64,000 bases of DNA from Pyrodictiaceae archaeon (lineage in GTDB: Archaea > Thermoproteota > Thermoprotei_A > Sulfolobales > Pyrodictiaceae), in the NCBI GenBank assembly GCA_027036135.1, contig JALVSY010000007.1:324880-388879 (forward strand), in the 5' to 3' direction. Made by a program: the position numbers and the translations under genes. This document shows, one piece after another, positions 28,308-37,123 of this stretch (positions are counted from its first letter, which is position 1; every line of letters starts with the position of its first letter). The notes beneath the pieces were generated by a model. That model saw only the letters and a list, made by a program, of their open reading frames with translations. It searched no databases and was not told the origin of the DNA.

Positions 28308-28386
28308 TATACCTCCATAACGGTCTTCACAAGGGTCTCAGCATTCACTGGAAATTGTTCATCCCCCAGCCGGTTACGAGGGGCCC
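28308..28386 (-). promoter_or_regulatory. structured 5' leader with K-turn-like motifs overlapping the SD of the decarboxylase
   Basis: CCUCGUAACCGG...GGGAUGA...CUGAGACCC..GUGAAGA.CCGUUAUGGAGGU; the 5' arm can pair with the GGAGG SD. Confidence 0.45.
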
Positions 28387-28445
28387 TTAAGCCGGTTTTT
28401 ATACCTTTAGCTAAAAGAATTATTGCTAATACTTCAACTAAACTA

Positions 28446-28691
28446 CTAGCTACACTTGTATCCCTCTACTATCAGGTTAAGTCTCTCTGCTAGAATACAT
28501 ACCTGGTTTGTAGGCACAACAGCTATGGAGCCGTCCTCGCCTTCTAGTATTGCGAGCCCTTCGAGAAGCTTTACCCTAACACGTAGGGGCTGCTTAGGCC
28601 TTGCTAGGAGGAGGAGTTCTGGTAACTTGTTTCTCGTCTTGGAGGTCTTGCTAGGCACTTGTCTCCCTAGGTATGGGGTTACAATATACAT
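28446..28691 (-). CDS. hypothetical protein
   Basis: ORF with host-like codon use, co-oriented with its neighbours. Confidence 0.5.
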   Translation of the reverse strand: MYIVTPYLGRQVPSKTSKTRNKLPELLLLARPKQPLRVRVKLLEGLAILEGEDGSIAVVPTNQVCILAERLNLIVEGYKCS

Positions 28692-28714
28692 GTATGACTA
28701 GAAAAGTTATAGGG

Positions 28715-29110
28715 TTAGTTCGTTTGTGGCCTCGCTACTACACCACGCGGCCTCTTCTTAGCCATTCTAGCGCCCCATTCGAGGCTTAGGGCTTCTCTTA
28801 GTATTCTTCGTCTCTTGCGTTCCTCGAGTTCCTCGAGGACGCCTGGCATGTCGGGGGTAGCGTATCTTCCTCCTCTTAGCTCTACTATTCTCCCGCTTTG
28901 CCTTAACCTGATGAGCGCTTTTCTTAGTCTGTCCTCGCCTGCTGTTCCGCTAAAGGCTTCTCTTAGTTCCTTCCATGTTACTGGCCGGCCTTTGCTTCTA
29001 ATGAACTTGTAGACTAGTTCCATAAGCTCCTCGTCTGTCGGTGCCTTCATTACGACTAGTTCTTCGTCTTCGTATAGTACTTTTAGGTCTAGACCGCTCA
29101 TCTGTCTCAC
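28715..29110 (-). CDS. winged-helix hypothetical protein
   Basis: PVTWKELREAFSGTAGEDRLRKALIRLRQSGRI; GGTGA RBS. Confidence 0.7.
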   Translation of the reverse strand: MRQMSGLDLKVLYEDEELVVMKAPTDEELMELVYKFIRSKGRPVTWKELREAFSGTAGEDRLRKALIRLRQSGRIVELRGGRYATPDMPGVLEELEERKRRRILREALSLEWGARMAKKRPRGVVARPQTN

Positions 29111-29266
29111 CCTATTTTAAGTTTACTTTGCTGTTCTTGATAAGTATTACCGTTGAGGAGAAGTTATTGGCTTAGATTTCTAAGACTCTTTTCCTAATAG
29201 TGTTTAAACGTGTGTAAAAATTAAGCTTAGTAATGTCCATTATAAGAACACTATTTAAGCAACCTC

Positions 29267-29959
29267 CTAGCGCTCACGATCCACACCGGCTTGTTCAAAT
29301 CCAAAGCTTCTGACTATGCTAAGTACACGCGCATCAACCCTTGATAACAAGGCAAGAACAAGCGCCGTAAGCCCTGAAATATACATATGTATAGCTACAT
29401 ATATTGGTGCAAGACTGGGCTCCTCTATATAGGATTCAACGAACCCAACAGTACTCGCGATGCCTGTTACCAAGTTAGCTACAATATCGTTATCGCTTGC
29501 CGTCCTATCTAGCACACCGTACACGAATGACCGAAGACTCTCAACAAATTCACAGAGTGCCGAAGCCATCTCAAGTCCAAGACTGGTTAACTCGCACCGC
29601 TTATCATTATTGACTCTAGTACATCTTATGAAGTCAAAGTATGCAAGAATATCTATGGCTTTTTGGAGGCTCTTACACTTTATTCCCCTACCCTCGACTA
29701 GTGCCTCTATATCGCTAAGTGTGCTTGCCCCATGGACTAGGTGGCGCAGGATAAGGATCATGCAGCGATACGTTGGCGATAGAGCCATTAGGACGCGCTT
29801 ATCAGCTTTAATAAGTATATCCTCAACATAGCCCTCGATAGAGCCCTTCGTATCCATTTCGCCTTTTAGCCCCCGGCATATATAGGGTCTCAAAGTCTCC
29901 ATTATATTGTTCTCTTTGTAGCAATTCTCTGAGAGAAACATGGTTTCTGGAAGCAACAT
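29267..29959 (-). CDS. hypothetical protein with a winged-helix-like segment
   Basis: ILRHL...TLSDI...LQKAIDILAYFDFI...CELTSLG; true start probably internal. Confidence 0.55.
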   Translation of the reverse strand: MLLPETMFLSENCYKENNIMETLRPYICRGLKGEMDTKGSIEGYVEDILIKADKRVLMALSPTYRCMILILRHLVHGASTLSDIEALVEGRGIKCKSLQKAIDILAYFDFIRCTRVNNDKRCELTSLGLEMASALCEFVESLRSFVYGVLDRTASDNDIVANLVTGIASTVGFVESYIEEPSLAPIYVAIHMYISGLTALVLALLSRVDARVLSIVRSFGFEQAGVDRER

Positions 29960-29978
29960 GCTTATACTACTATGACTA

Positions 29979-30269
29979 TTATGTTGGCTTAATGCTGCCG
30001 CGGAAGAACCAGTAAGGGAGAAGCATTAAGATTATTGCTAGTACCATGAGTACTATCGCTGCTATTACTGCTATCTTTACTGCTCTTTCGCTCGTACCAA
30101 ATATTATTGGTATAGGCCCTATCACTATCACTCCTCCAGCCTCGCTACCACCTCCCGATCTCAGCGCGGCGTAGAGGAATCCAACGAATATGAGCAATAT
30201 GCCTATGAAGAGTAGTATAAAACCAATAACTGCTAGTTTAGGTAGCGGTAAGGCCGCTGCCCCTTCCAA
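29979..30269 (-). CDS. DUF131 / TIGR00304 membrane protein
   Basis: GGVIVIGPIPIIFGT flanked by two TM helices; start probably TTG at 30269. Confidence 0.88.
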   Translation of the reverse strand: MEGAAALPLPKLAVIGFILLFIGILLIFVGFLYAALRSGGGSEAGGVIVIGPIPIIFGTSERAVKIAVIAAIVLMVLAIILMLLPYWFFRGSIKPT

Positions 30270-30375
30270 CGGTGTAGCCCCTGGTCTTTTGCTTACTAGA
30301 TAGGATTCCGAGATAGGTTTTTGGTACCCTCTACTAATGTACGGTAATATTGAAGAAGTAGTTGGGCGTAGAGAC

Positions 30376-30948
30376 ATGTATTGGAACTATCAGCCTTCTG
30401 TGCCCTGGGTACCGACACGCGAGGAGGTAATTAAGGCGCTATTATCCTTACTCAGTATCCCCCGCGACTATACGGTCTATGATATTGGCTGCGGCGATGG
30501 CAGAGTAGCTATTGCTCTTGCAGAGGAGTTTCCAGGTATTCATGTAAAGTGCGTTGAGGCTCGAAAAGATCTCGTTGATAAGGCTAGAAAGGCCATAGAG
30601 GAGAAGGGCTTAGCGAGCCGCATAGAGGTTATTGAGGGCGATTTCTTTAAGATAAGCCTAAGCGATGCAGACCTAATTTACATGTATCTGTTGACAAGCG
30701 TTAATCAAAAGCTTAGGCCAAAGCTTGAAGAAGAACTCAGACAGGGAACAATAATAGTTTCATTAGATTTCCCTATACCAGGGTGGAATCCAGTAGCTGT
30801 GGTGGAGTTGCCGCGTTCGTGGCAACGCGCTTTCTACATTTATGCCAAAGGATTATCTGATGGCTCGGCGTCGTTAGAGTTGCGGGGAAAGATACTCGAA
30901 AATGTACTACATGTTGTTAGGATTAAGAAGCACGAGCTACGACTCTAA
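30376..30948 (+). CDS. class I SAM methyltransferase, aKMT-like protein-lysine methyltransferase
   Basis: VPWVPT, YDIGCGDGR, IYMYLLTSVNQKLRPKLEEEL, VSLDF. Confidence 0.8.
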   Translation: MYWNYQPSVPWVPTREEVIKALLSLLSIPRDYTVYDIGCGDGRVAIALAEEFPGIHVKCVEARKDLVDKARKAIEEKGLASRIEVIEGDFFKISLSDADLIYMYLLTSVNQKLRPKLEEELRQGTIIVSLDFPIPGWNPVAVVELPRSWQRAFYIYAKGLSDGSASLELRGKILENVLHVVRIKKHELRL

Positions 30949-30983
30949 AAGAATAAGGGTAAGCCATGACTCGTTGCGTATCT

Positions 30984-32444
30984 TTAGGCCTCTCTTCTCC
31001 ACACAGTCTTCCCGCCTGGGTAATCGTATAGTTTTATGCCCAGCTTGGCTAGCTCGGAGCGAATCCAGTCAGCTAGTTGGTATTCCTTCCTTGTTCTTAG
31101 CTCGGAGCGTATACGTACAACAAGGTCTATGAGCTTATTTAGCTCGGTCTCCTCAGCCGTTACAGCCTTTTCCTCTACCACGTCGAACACTGCATTGAAC
31201 TCCTTTAGGAGCCTCCGAGCCAGTATGCCAGCGGTATAGTATTCTCGCGGTACAATATCCCTATTTACTACACGCGTTAGCTGTAGTATTGCTGCGAGAG
31301 CCTCTGATGTATTAAAGTCATTACTCATAGATTGGTGAAACTCCGCGTAAAGGTCTAGCACCCTTTGTGCAACGGCGAGCTCGTCTTCGCTTAGCCTGCC
31401 AGGAGGCGTCACCTCTTTGAGCATCCTCGTCAAGTCCTCGTAGGCCGCGCTTATCCTCTTAAGATTGCTCCTTGCTTGTAGCAGTGCCTCCTCGTTATAG
31501 TCTAGTTGGGCTCGGTAATGCGCGCTTAGGAGCCACATTCGTAGCGTTATTGCCCCCCACTTCTTCTCTGCTTCCTTGAAGACTACTATGTTTCCGAGGC
31601 TCTTGCTCATTTTCTCCCCGCTGATCATTAGGTAACCTGTATGGAGCCAGTACTTCACCCAAGGCTTTTTGCCGAAGAATGCCTCGCTTTGTGCCCTCTC
31701 GTTCTCGTGGTGAGGGAATACGAGGTCCTGGCCGCCACCATGTATGTCGAACTGGGAGCCAAGGTACTTTGAGGACATTACGCTGCACTCTATATGCCAA
31801 CCAGGCCGGCCTCTCCCCCATGGTGCTTCCCAGTACGGTTCCCCTGGCTTCCAGGCCTTCCATAACGCGAAGTCGTAGGGGTGCTTCTTTTCCCTTAGGA
31901 CGTCTTCCTCCTGTCTCCATTCCTCTGGGCTGAAGCGTCCGCTTAGCTGTCCATAGTCCTCGTATTTGTCCACATCAAAGTAGACGCTTCCGCTTGGCGC
32001 TACGTAGGCGTATCCCTTGTCTATGAGGCCTTGTATGAACTCTATTATGTCGTCTATATGCTCGGTTACCCTAGGATGTATGTCTATGTGTATCTTTAGC
32101 TTACTAAGCATATCCATATAGTCTCGTGAGTAATGGTCAACTATCTCTCTCCAGCCGCGGCCAGTCTCCTTGGCCTTGTTGATTATCTTGTCATCTATGT
32201 CTGTGATGTTCTGTACATGGATAACATCGTATCCCCGAAGCACTAGATAGCGCTTAATCGCGTCAAAAGCTACATAGGTACGAGCATGGCCAAGATGAGA
32301 ATAATCATAGACCGTTGGGCCGCACGTGTACATTCTCACTATTCCTGGTTCTAGCGGCTCGAAGTCTTCGAGCTTGTTACCGAAGGTGTTTCTAACCCTT
32401 ATACGTGGTAGTTTTGGCCAGTTAAGTACTGGGGCCTTGAACAC
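30984..32444 (-). CDS. cysS: cysteinyl-tRNA synthetase
   Basis: [39 protein letters not shown]. Confidence 0.97.
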   Translation of the reverse strand: MFKAPVLNWPKLPRIRVRNTFGNKLEDFEPLEPGIVRMYTCGPTVYDYSHLGHARTYVAFDAIKRYLVLRGYDVIHVQNITDIDDKIINKAKETGRGWREIVDHYSRDYMDMLSKLKIHIDIHPRVTEHIDDIIEFIQGLIDKGYAYVAPSGSVYFDVDKYEDYGQLSGRFSPEEWRQEEDVLREKKHPYDFALWKAWKPGEPYWEAPWGRGRPGWHIECSVMSSKYLGSQFDIHGGGQDLVFPHHENERAQSEAFFGKKPWVKYWLHTGYLMISGEKMSKSLGNIVVFKEAEKKWGAITLRMWLLSAHYRAQLDYNEEALLQARSNLKRISAAYEDLTRMLKEVTPPGRLSEDELAVAQRVLDLYAEFHQSMSNDFNTSEALAAILQLTRVVNRDIVPREYYTAGILARRLLKEFNAVFDVVEEKAVTAEETELNKLIDLVVRIRSELRTRKEYQLADWIRSELAKLGIKLYDYPGGKTVWRREA

Positions 32445-32507
32445 AATAACCCATCAACCCTCCCTAATCACTTAGCCCGGGAACTAGACCCCGTATAGGC
32501 GATAGAG

Positions 32508-33671
32508 TTGAAAGCAGCAACGCTGGGTCTTGCTAGGAGAGTAGAAGAGCTACTTAAGCTTAAAAGAACTATGCTCTCTCGCCTAGAGTCAAGATTATCA
32601 CGGAGGGAAGTAGAGGCAGCAAAGAAAGATCATCATGCAAGGAGAAAGCCTAGACCTTGTGGAATGACCATACATACCGGAATAGGGTGTAACCTCGGCT
32701 GTCTCTACTGCTATGTCCCCGACATGGGGTTTCCCTTAAAGCCTTCTCCCTACCCATTGAGCGGCGAGCAGCTAGTGTATGCGCTCCTCTCTAACCCCTA
32801 CTTTGTCCCCGGGCCTCAGGGCACATTGCTAGCTTTTGGCTCAGTTACAGAGCCTTTTCTCGAGGAAACCAAAGAGAGAGCCATAGAGTACCTAAAATAC
32901 ACCCATGAGCACCTTGGGAATCCTCAACAGCTTTCAACAAAAGCCACGCTAAGTGACGACGAAATAGATTTGTTCGTGAAGAGCGTTGACCCTAACATAA
33001 ACATACTTGTTACGATAGTTACTCTCCGATACGCCAAGCTACTAGAGCCCAATGCACCTTTGCCCGATGAGAGAATGGCGTTTGCAGAGAAACTAGCCAG
33101 GCGTGGCATCAGCGTTACGCTGTTCATGAGACCCATTATACCTGGTATCACGGATAAGGAGGCAGAACATATTCTGATAAAGTCGCAGGAGCACGGTATA
33201 AGGAGTGTTGTTCTCGGGTCACTAAGAGTTACGCCAGGGATATTGAGAAGGCTCGAGGCTTCTAGGATAGTAGACGTAAACGAGATTAGAAGGAGACTTC
33301 CTCGTGCACCGCGTTCCAGTGGGGATCAGGTAACTATTATTGAGAATGATTTGAAAGAAAGAATAGCTAGGATAGCTCGTCGCCTTGGTCTTCAAGTGTT
33401 GCCTAGTAGTTGCTCCGCTAATGTCTGGTCACATAAGCTGTGGTGCTATGCTTGCAAATGGGGACCATGCGGTGATCCCTCAAACGCTATTGGGGTCTCG
33501 AGAGACGATATAGTAGCTGCTGCGGAGATACTGGGTTGTAATAAACCGCGTGTAAGTATCAAGAAATGGCTTGCGGAGCTGAGATGCAAGAGGATTACCC
33601 GTAGACCCGATGTTATAGCTGTGTGGCTTGAGACGCTTATTCGTAGGAGTGTTAGAGTACTAACATATTAG
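32508..33671 (+). CDS. radical SAM protein (SPL/COG1533-like)
   Basis: GCNLGCLYCY, GSVTEPF, STK, LEPNAP...R, RPIIPG. Confidence 0.85.
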   Translation: MKAATLGLARRVEELLKLKRTMLSRLESRLSRREVEAAKKDHHARRKPRPCGMTIHTGIGCNLGCLYCYVPDMGFPLKPSPYPLSGEQLVYALLSNPYFVPGPQGTLLAFGSVTEPFLEETKERAIEYLKYTHEHLGNPQQLSTKATLSDDEIDLFVKSVDPNINILVTIVTLRYAKLLEPNAPLPDERMAFAEKLARRGISVTLFMRPIIPGITDKEAEHILIKSQEHGIRSVVLGSLRVTPGILRRLEASRIVDVNEIRRRLPRAPRSSGDQVTIIENDLKERIARIARRLGLQVLPSSCSANVWSHKLWCYACKWGPCGDPSNAIGVSRDDIVAAAEILGCNKPRVSIKKWLAELRCKRITRRPDVIAVWLETLIRRSVRVLTY

Positions 33672-33722
33672 GGGCGCAAGGCAGGCACCTCTGGCCGGGT
33701 AAGTACTTGGTGGGCTAGTGCC

Positions 33723-34277
33723 TTGGAGCTTAGGCGCTTGTTTAACCTAATAATTGCGCACGAGCCAGGATACTATGCGTCAAGAGAGGCTCTTCGGACT
33801 ATACGGAGCATACTAGGCGGTGTGAGGCTCTTCGCTGCACCTCAGTCGCTTCTATTACTCAGCGTTGATAATCCGTATGAAGCAGTTGCCAAACTAGCCG
33901 CTAATTTGCCTAGTGACAGTGTGATCCTCAGAGCAGTACCCTTAGATGCGGTTACTACACCTTATCTTCGAGACGTTGACAAGGTCGTCAAGAAGCTATT
34001 AGCGGATAAGTACGGTGCTGAACCAGGTAAGACATTTGCTATACGGCTCGAGGGCCACCTAATCGACGAGGCTACCGGGAAGCGTCTCCACAAGGACAAG
34101 GCCATTAAAGTCCTGGCAAGCGGCATTGATAGACCAGTAAACCTTGATAATCCAGATATACTTGTGCTAGTCAAGGTTGTTAGAGCTTCAAGGGGGCTTT
34201 ATTACTCCAGTATAATGGTTGCTCCTCCTTGCTCCATATATTCTAAGGCTAAGAATCAGAAGGTCTGCATCTCTTAG
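33723..34277 (+). CDS. stand-alone THUMP-domain RNA-binding protein
   Basis: FNLIIAH, ILRAVPLD, TFAIRL, VNLDNPD. Confidence 0.82.
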   Translation: MELRRLFNLIIAHEPGYYASREALRTIRSILGGVRLFAAPQSLLLLSVDNPYEAVAKLAANLPSDSVILRAVPLDAVTTPYLRDVDKVVKKLLADKYGAEPGKTFAIRLEGHLIDEATGKRLHKDKAIKVLASGIDRPVNLDNPDILVLVKVVRASRGLYYSSIMVAPPCSIYSKAKNQKVCIS

Positions 34278-34354
34278 GAATAGATAGGGCCCAGTATCTT
34301 TTACAGCGACGCGTGTTCTCCCTTAATCACTTATTTCTCGGGAGAACTGCTGCC

Positions 34355-35887
34355 TTGGGTAAAGACCTTAATCTGGACCAAGGTAAGCTGCACCAAGTAG
34401 GCGTTGTAGTTGATAATGCTACTCCTATCAATACTAGGTTTGTGTCAAAGAATCCTCCAGCTATATCTGACTACGTACTAATTGAGCACAATGAGGGCTT
34501 CGTGCTGGGCTTCGTTGAGGCGGTTGGTACTCGGAGCTTGACGTTATCAGCTATGCAGAATGTCTATGACCCAGTTGTCTTAGAGAAGTTGTTTAGCTCG
34601 TCAAGCATAGATGACGTCTACTTCGAGTGCAGCGCGAGGCTCATAGGGACCATAGATCAGCTACGTATACCGAGGCTCCCTCCCCTCCCAGGCTCGAGGG
34701 TTTACCATGCACCCAGCGAGCTTCTCGCAGACATCTTCGGGGGAGAAGAGCCCCGATATGTTAGGATAGGTGTTCTCGCGGCTAGGCCAGAAGTCCCTGT
34801 CTATCTTGATGTAAACATGCTAGCTACGCGGCACGCTGCAATACTCGCTGTGACCGGTGCTGGGAAGAGCAACACTGTTGCTGTACTAGCTGACCGCTTG
34901 TCAAGGATAAACGCTACAATGATTATCTTTGACTTCCACGGAGAATACGTTGGCTCCGGTATTGCGCCCGGCAAGTTAAACATTATTAGCGCTAAGATAA
35001 GTCCGTGGACACTTAGCATTCAGGAGCTAATGACCCTTCTTGGCGTTGAGCGAAGATTTTACAACCAGGAGAGGGTGCTGAGGAAAGCTCTTGACGAGCT
35101 TAGCAACCGTGAAGAGCACGGGGCAAAGTTCTTTGACGAGCTAAGAGAGATCTTGGAGAAAATTAGTAATAGGAGCCGTATTAGGAGAGAGGAGGCGGTA
35201 GCGGCTATAGCTTTACAGAATAAGATAGATAATCTCCTTGACCGCTACTCGGAGATAATAGATGATGGCGCTCCAGACCTTGTATCGTTAATAAAGCCAG
35301 GTTATATCAACGTTGTTGATCTAAGCAGGGTTGATAGAGACGCTGCCGACGTAGTTGTTAGCCATATGCTTCGCGTAGTGCTAGCTGAGCGCAAGAAGCA
35401 TAGAATTAGCGGCTCCAGTAGAATTCCATTCCCCGTACTCATCGTTGTTGAGGAGGCTCACATACTGGCTCCTCGCGACGAGGATACCCTCACGAAGTAC
35501 TGGTTAGCCAGAATCGCTAGAGAGGGGAGGAAGTTCGGTGTCGGTTTAATAATTGTTAGCCAGAGGCCAAAGAACATTGATGCAGATATACTGAGCCAGG
35601 CTAATACAATGATCATTCTACGAATAGTTGAGCCAAGCGACCAGCGATACATACAGGCCGCAAGCGAGAGGCTTAGCGATGACTTGTTAGCGCATCTACC
35701 TTCTCTTAATATTGGAGAGGCTATAGTAGTTGGCCCCGCGATAAGGATCCCGGCCCTGGTAAAGATAGATCGTTTCGAGGGCGGGTTCGGGGGCTCAGAT
35801 ATAGACGTTGTATCGGAGTGGCTTAGCCTCAGTAAGCAGGAACAAGAGGGCATCGATATTAATGATCTTTGGTCCTCAATGTTATGA
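34355..35887 (+). CDS. herA: bipolar DNA helicase/translocase HerA
   Basis: HAS barrel, RHAAILAVTGAGKSN, FDFHGEY, VEEAH, IAREGRKFG, SQRP; directly before mre11. Confidence 0.93.
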   Translation: MGKDLNLDQGKLHQVGVVVDNATPINTRFVSKNPPAISDYVLIEHNEGFVLGFVEAVGTRSLTLSAMQNVYDPVVLEKLFSSSSIDDVYFECSARLIGTIDQLRIPRLPPLPGSRVYHAPSELLADIFGGEEPRYVRIGVLAARPEVPVYLDVNMLATRHAAILAVTGAGKSNTVAVLADRLSRINATMIIFDFHGEYVGSGIAPGKLNIISAKISPWTLSIQELMTLLGVERRFYNQERVLRKALDELSNREEHGAKFFDELREILEKISNRSRIRREEAVAAIALQNKIDNLLDRYSEIIDDGAPDLVSLIKPGYINVVDLSRVDRDAADVVVSHMLRVVLAERKKHRISGSSRIPFPVLIVVEEAHILAPRDEDTLTKYWLARIAREGRKFGVGLIIVSQRPKNIDADILSQANTMIILRIVEPSDQRYIQAASERLSDDLLAHLPSLNIGEAIVVGPAIRIPALVKIDRFEGGFGGSDIDVVSEWLSLSKQEQEGIDINDLWSSML

Positions 35888-35937
35888 AGTACTACTGTAT
35901 ACCTAGGTTAGCTGGGTAGGGAGGGAAGCGAGGGCTC

Positions 35938-37116
35938 TTGGACTCCCTAGTAGTGCTCCATACATCTGATACTCATCTAGGATATCGCCAGTACGGCTTA
36001 TCCGAGCGCGAAATGGATATTTATGAGGTATTCGGCGAAATTATTGAAGCGGCTATAAGAGAGCATGTAGACGCTGTTATACATAGTGGTGACTTCTTTG
36101 ACTCAGTTAATCCCCCACCACAAGCCTATTACCATGCAATACCTTATCTTAGACAGCTCCGCGAAAAAGAGATACCCTTGATAGTTATCCCGGGGGACCA
36201 TGACATACCTAAGAGACGCGTCCTGCCCCCCTTGATGGTTCTTGAGCGCCTAGGCCTGTTGCAAGTAATAGGCCTAAGAGAGCCCGAGAAGCGGGATATT
36301 AGGCTGCGTAGGGGGGGACTACGCGTAGCGGGCTTTCGTAACACTAAGGGGCCTGGTGCTAGGCAGCAGCTTCTAAAGGCCTTGACGAGGCTTAGCCAGG
36401 ACAGCGAATATCCGTCGATCTTGGTTCTTCACCAGTCTCTTCGAGGGGTATCACCAGAGTATGAACTAGAGCTGGGCGAGCTGCCCAAGGGCTACTCGTA
36501 CTATGCCATGGGGCATATCCACCTCTACAAGAAGTACATGGTAGGTGAAAGCGCTGTAGTATACCCGGGATCCCCGGAGGCCCTTAGACGCGACGAGGCC
36601 GAGGCACAGCCAACCCGCTACATAGTTCTCGCCGAGATAGCTCCCGGTAAGACACTATCAAGCAGCAAGGTTAAGCTCACATCTCCTAGGCCTCAGCTTG
36701 TCTATAGGCACACGTATAGCAGCGACAAGGAGTTTAAATCATTCATAGCACGTGTTAGAGAAGAGGTGGTAAGGGCCGAGGCGAGGACCAAGAAGAAACC
36801 AATACTACATATAATTCTCGACAATGTTCCCAGGATGAAGAAGACATCGATATACGATGCGATTGATAGGCTTTTACGCACACATGTTTTAGCTCTCCGC
36901 ATCCAAGCAGTCACAAGAGACACTTCATTGCCAAGAACGGTTCAAGAGAGCACAGCTAACATAAACCATTACGAGATACTCAAAGAACTCTTAGGAGATG
37001 AGGGCCTAGCCAAGTTAGCACTAGAACTTATAGACACGCTAAGCCTTGATTCCAAGCAAGCCGCCATAATCCAGGCAGAGAAACTGCTTGCGAAGTACTT
37101 CGGCATAGAGGTGTAA
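35938..37116 (+). CDS. mre11: DNA double-strand break repair nuclease Mre11
   Basis: HTSDTHLG, HSGDFFD, PGDHD, HQ, AMGHIH, YPGSPE. Confidence 0.94.
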   Translation: MDSLVVLHTSDTHLGYRQYGLSEREMDIYEVFGEIIEAAIREHVDAVIHSGDFFDSVNPPPQAYYHAIPYLRQLREKEIPLIVIPGDHDIPKRRVLPPLMVLERLGLLQVIGLREPEKRDIRLRRGGLRVAGFRNTKGPGARQQLLKALTRLSQDSEYPSILVLHQSLRGVSPEYELELGELPKGYSYYAMGHIHLYKKYMVGESAVVYPGSPEALRRDEAEAQPTRYIVLAEIAPGKTLSSSKVKLTSPRPQLVYRHTYSSDKEFKSFIARVREEVVRAEARTKKKPILHIILDNVPRMKKTSIYDAIDRLLRTHVLALRIQAVTRDTSLPRTVQESTANINHYEILKELLGDEGLAKLALELIDTLSLDSKQAAIIQAEKLLAKYFGIEV

Positions 37117-37123
37117 GACAGCA

